Source of the DNA: Lama guanicoe
Taxonomy: Eukaryota
Length of the DNA stretch: 64,000 bases
Direction of reading: 5' to 3'
NCBI GenBank assembly: GCA_013239625.1
Contig: MU054400.1
Span: 541,146-605,145 of the forward strand
In this document: positions 61,767-64,000 of the stretch, one piece after another
How the letters are laid out: every line of letters begins with the position of its first letter
Numbering within the stretch: the first letter of the stretch is position 1
Translations under genes and position numbers: made by a program
Notes under the pieces: model-generated
Databases searched by the model: none
What the model was told of the DNA's origin: nothing
What the model saw: the letters and a program-made list of their open reading frames with translations, nothing else

Positions 61767-61984
61767 GTTCTCATAAACCTGGATTTTACCTGTATGGGAC
61801 TTGCTCCTGGTCTGTCCTGCCCTAGGCTTTTATCCCACCTCCGAGTATAAGGTCCCTGAGCGTATATACCATGTCTATCCTAGTCATCATTAAATTTCCA
61901 ATATCTTGCACAGGACCTGAAACATAGTAGTTGCACCAGAAATGAATAAATGTGTTTGATAAGAAAGTTCATAAAGTTCATACA

Positions 61985-62520
61985 GTTCCTTAGCTCTTTA
62001 GATTGTAAATGACCAAAAAAAAAAAAAAAACTTAAACTAGGTTAAGCAAAAAGGAGAAACAATTCCAATGATATGGGGATATGTCACAGAGACTAGATTA
62101 TAGCCTAACCTCGGGAATGGAGCAGAATCAGAAACTCAGACACCACTGGGAGTCTCATCTTTCATCCTCTCTCATCAGCCAGCTTCTCCTACTGTTACTG
62201 CCACACAGTAAGGGAAACATGACAGTCAAGAGAACCTAAGGTTTACATATTATTGGACCCATCAGCTGGAGAGAAGTTAAAATAACTCTTTCTCTCTCAT
62301 CTCTATCTCTTCAAAATTCCCGAGCAGAAGAATTACATTCCATGATGGGTCAACTGCTAGTAAGAGAAATCCAAACCAACAATGGCCTAAATAAGACAGA
62401 GGCTTATTTTTCTCTCACATGATAAACTAATGAAGTGACCAGAGGCCAGAGTCCTACTGTAGAAACATGGCAGTTCCCACTGCAACCTTGTGGTTTGGGT
62501 GTGGGAGACTTGATTCCTGA
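61985..62520 (-). mobile_element. Old MaLR LTR (MLT1K/L-like) carrying a 74-bp foreign insert
   Basis: ctctttagattgtaaatgacc...aaactaggttaagcaaaaagg...caaaattcccgag; interrupted at 62354-62427. Confidence 0.5.
62354..62427 (+). repeat. 74-bp direct repeat of 60339-60412 (1 mismatch)
   Basis: ctgctagtaagagaaatccaaaccaaca(g/a)tggcctaaataagacagaggcttatttttctctcacatgataaac occurs at both positions. Confidence 0.95.
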
Positions 62521-63139
62521 AAATGAAGTTTTTGGGCAGACCAAACAATGGATATCCACTGAAATCAGCATGGACTCCCCAGCACACGCCAACCCCAGCT
62601 CCTCGACCACAGCTCCAGCATCTTCCCTGGTTAATGCCAGGTTCTCGGGCCTCCACTGGCCCTTGTCAGAGTCCTCTGGTAGATTCTAGTATTTGGATGT
62701 CAATTCTTTATTAATTTCCCAGAACCCTTCTTCCCCAACAACACCAGTGTTCAGAGATACCATGGAAACAGGGAGGGCCTCTTCAATAACCAGAAGATCC
62801 TGCTGGGCCTTCCTGGCTGCAGAAGGTGGAAAGTGGAGGCAGAAAAGTCGTTAGGCAAGGTCAGACCTCATGTGGAGGCAGCTGTCTCCACGAGTTCCCC
62901 CACCCAGCACTTGACTCCCCCTCTTACATTTGGCCATGATGGCAGCAGCAGGCCATCATGGGGGGATGCACTTCCATAACCAGCCGACAAATGAGGAAAC
63001 TGAGGCCCTGAAAAGGGCCAGGATGTGAGGATGGTCATTCAGCAGATCAGTAGCTAAGATAACACTTGAGTTTAAGCCTCCTTTCTTTATGCTCTTGGGA
63101 TAGGGACTGGAAGAGTTTGGCACTTCTGTAGAGAAAAGG

Positions 63140-63525
63140 CTGGGTTTGCCAAACACAAGCTACATTTTCCAGGACCCTTTGTATCTAAGTGTGGACCACG
63201 TGACTGCGTCCAGCGCATGGAGGAGGGTAGAAAAAATGAATGCCACCTCCACATTTGCCCATAAAATATCCCAAATAATCTACACCTTCTCCCTTCCATC
63301 TGTGAGGCTAGAAGCATAAGGCTCTGAGATGGTGGAGTCTTCCAATAGAAGTCCAAATCTTCGATTTCACTGCTTGGAGGAGAGCTGCCCAGGAGAGAGT
63401 CACCCTACCAAGAAGATGTGCATTGGACTTTAGTGGAGCAAGAACTAAATCTTTACTGTGTTAAGCCACTGAAATTTTGAAGCTATATGTTCTTATCCAC
63501 AGCCCAGCTTACCCAGACTAGTACA
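63140..63525 (+). mobile_element. Old MaLR LTR (MLT1H/I-like)
   Basis: ctacattttccagg...gagagctgcccaggagag...actgtgttaagccactga...gactagtaca. Confidence 0.65.
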
Positions 63526-64000
63526 TCTCTGAGGGAACCCCTCTTCTCTGTAGAGAGTTAGACTTGACCTCCTCCAGCACTCTCTCTGTCCTTTGACCCT
63601 GACAAAGACCCAAACTGAAGAGGGCAGTGCCACTTTGCGATCAGGAACATAGGTCTTATATCCAGTCAGATCTGAGTCTGAACTCCAGACGCATCGCAGA
63701 CAGACCAACGCAGGTTTCTTGACCTCTTTGATTCTATTTCCACATGTGTAAAATAATGATACCCAGTCAGAATGTGGTTGTAAGGATTAAATGAGATATT
63801 ATGTGTCAGTGCTTCTCAACAGAATGACTCCACCCCACCCCGGGAGGAAGGAGCTGGAAATTAGTAAGGCCACATTTGGCTATAACAATGACTGTGGAGC
63901 CCTTCTGGCTGGAGACACTGGATATCCTGTGATGCCAGGACACTCCTATACAATGAAAAGTTGTCCCTCCTCTCCCTCAGCTTTCATTTGATCCATCAGA

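Noticed and set aside
34500..64000. SPINK4 or another neighbouring gene upstream of B4GALT1
   Set aside because: I recognised no Kazal-type cysteine pattern or signal-peptide exon by eye. Very short exons could be missed, so a tBLASTn search would settle this.
1..64000. CRISPR array, operon, or prokaryotic/viral defence-type system
   Set aside because: The sequence is mammalian intron and intergenic DNA, with no regularly spaced repeat-spacer array and no compact gene cluster.

Overview
Mammalian genomic DNA, most likely camelid: it carries four tRNA-Ala-like vic-1-type SINEs and cetartiodactyl-type L1 3' ends, and I saw no Alu, Bov-tA or PRE-1. The only protein-coding gene I can support is B4GALT1 (beta-1,4-galactosyltransferase 1, the catalytic subunit of lactose synthase) on the minus strand. 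Coding exon 1 is 33417-33000, with two in-frame ATGs 13 codons apart, inside a CpG-island/GC-box promoter. A 26,675-nt intron 1 follows, then exon 2 (6324-6089, 236 nt) and intron 2, which runs off the left edge. The ~30 kb upstream of the gene is intergenic and dense in repeats (L1, L2, MIR, MaLR/ERVL/ERV1 LTRs, hAT DNA transposons). Almost all other ORFs in the track are spurious or repeat-derived. I found no supportable novel multi-gene biological system. The most notable sequence-level observations are a near-identical 74-bp copy inserted 2 kb from its source, a perfect 18-bp hairpin inside an ancient L2, nested insertions with readable target-site duplications, a CR1/L3 reverse-transcriptase relic, and several candidate regulatory modules. 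Repeat family names come from recalled consensus features, not a database search, and repeat boundaries without TSDs are approximate.
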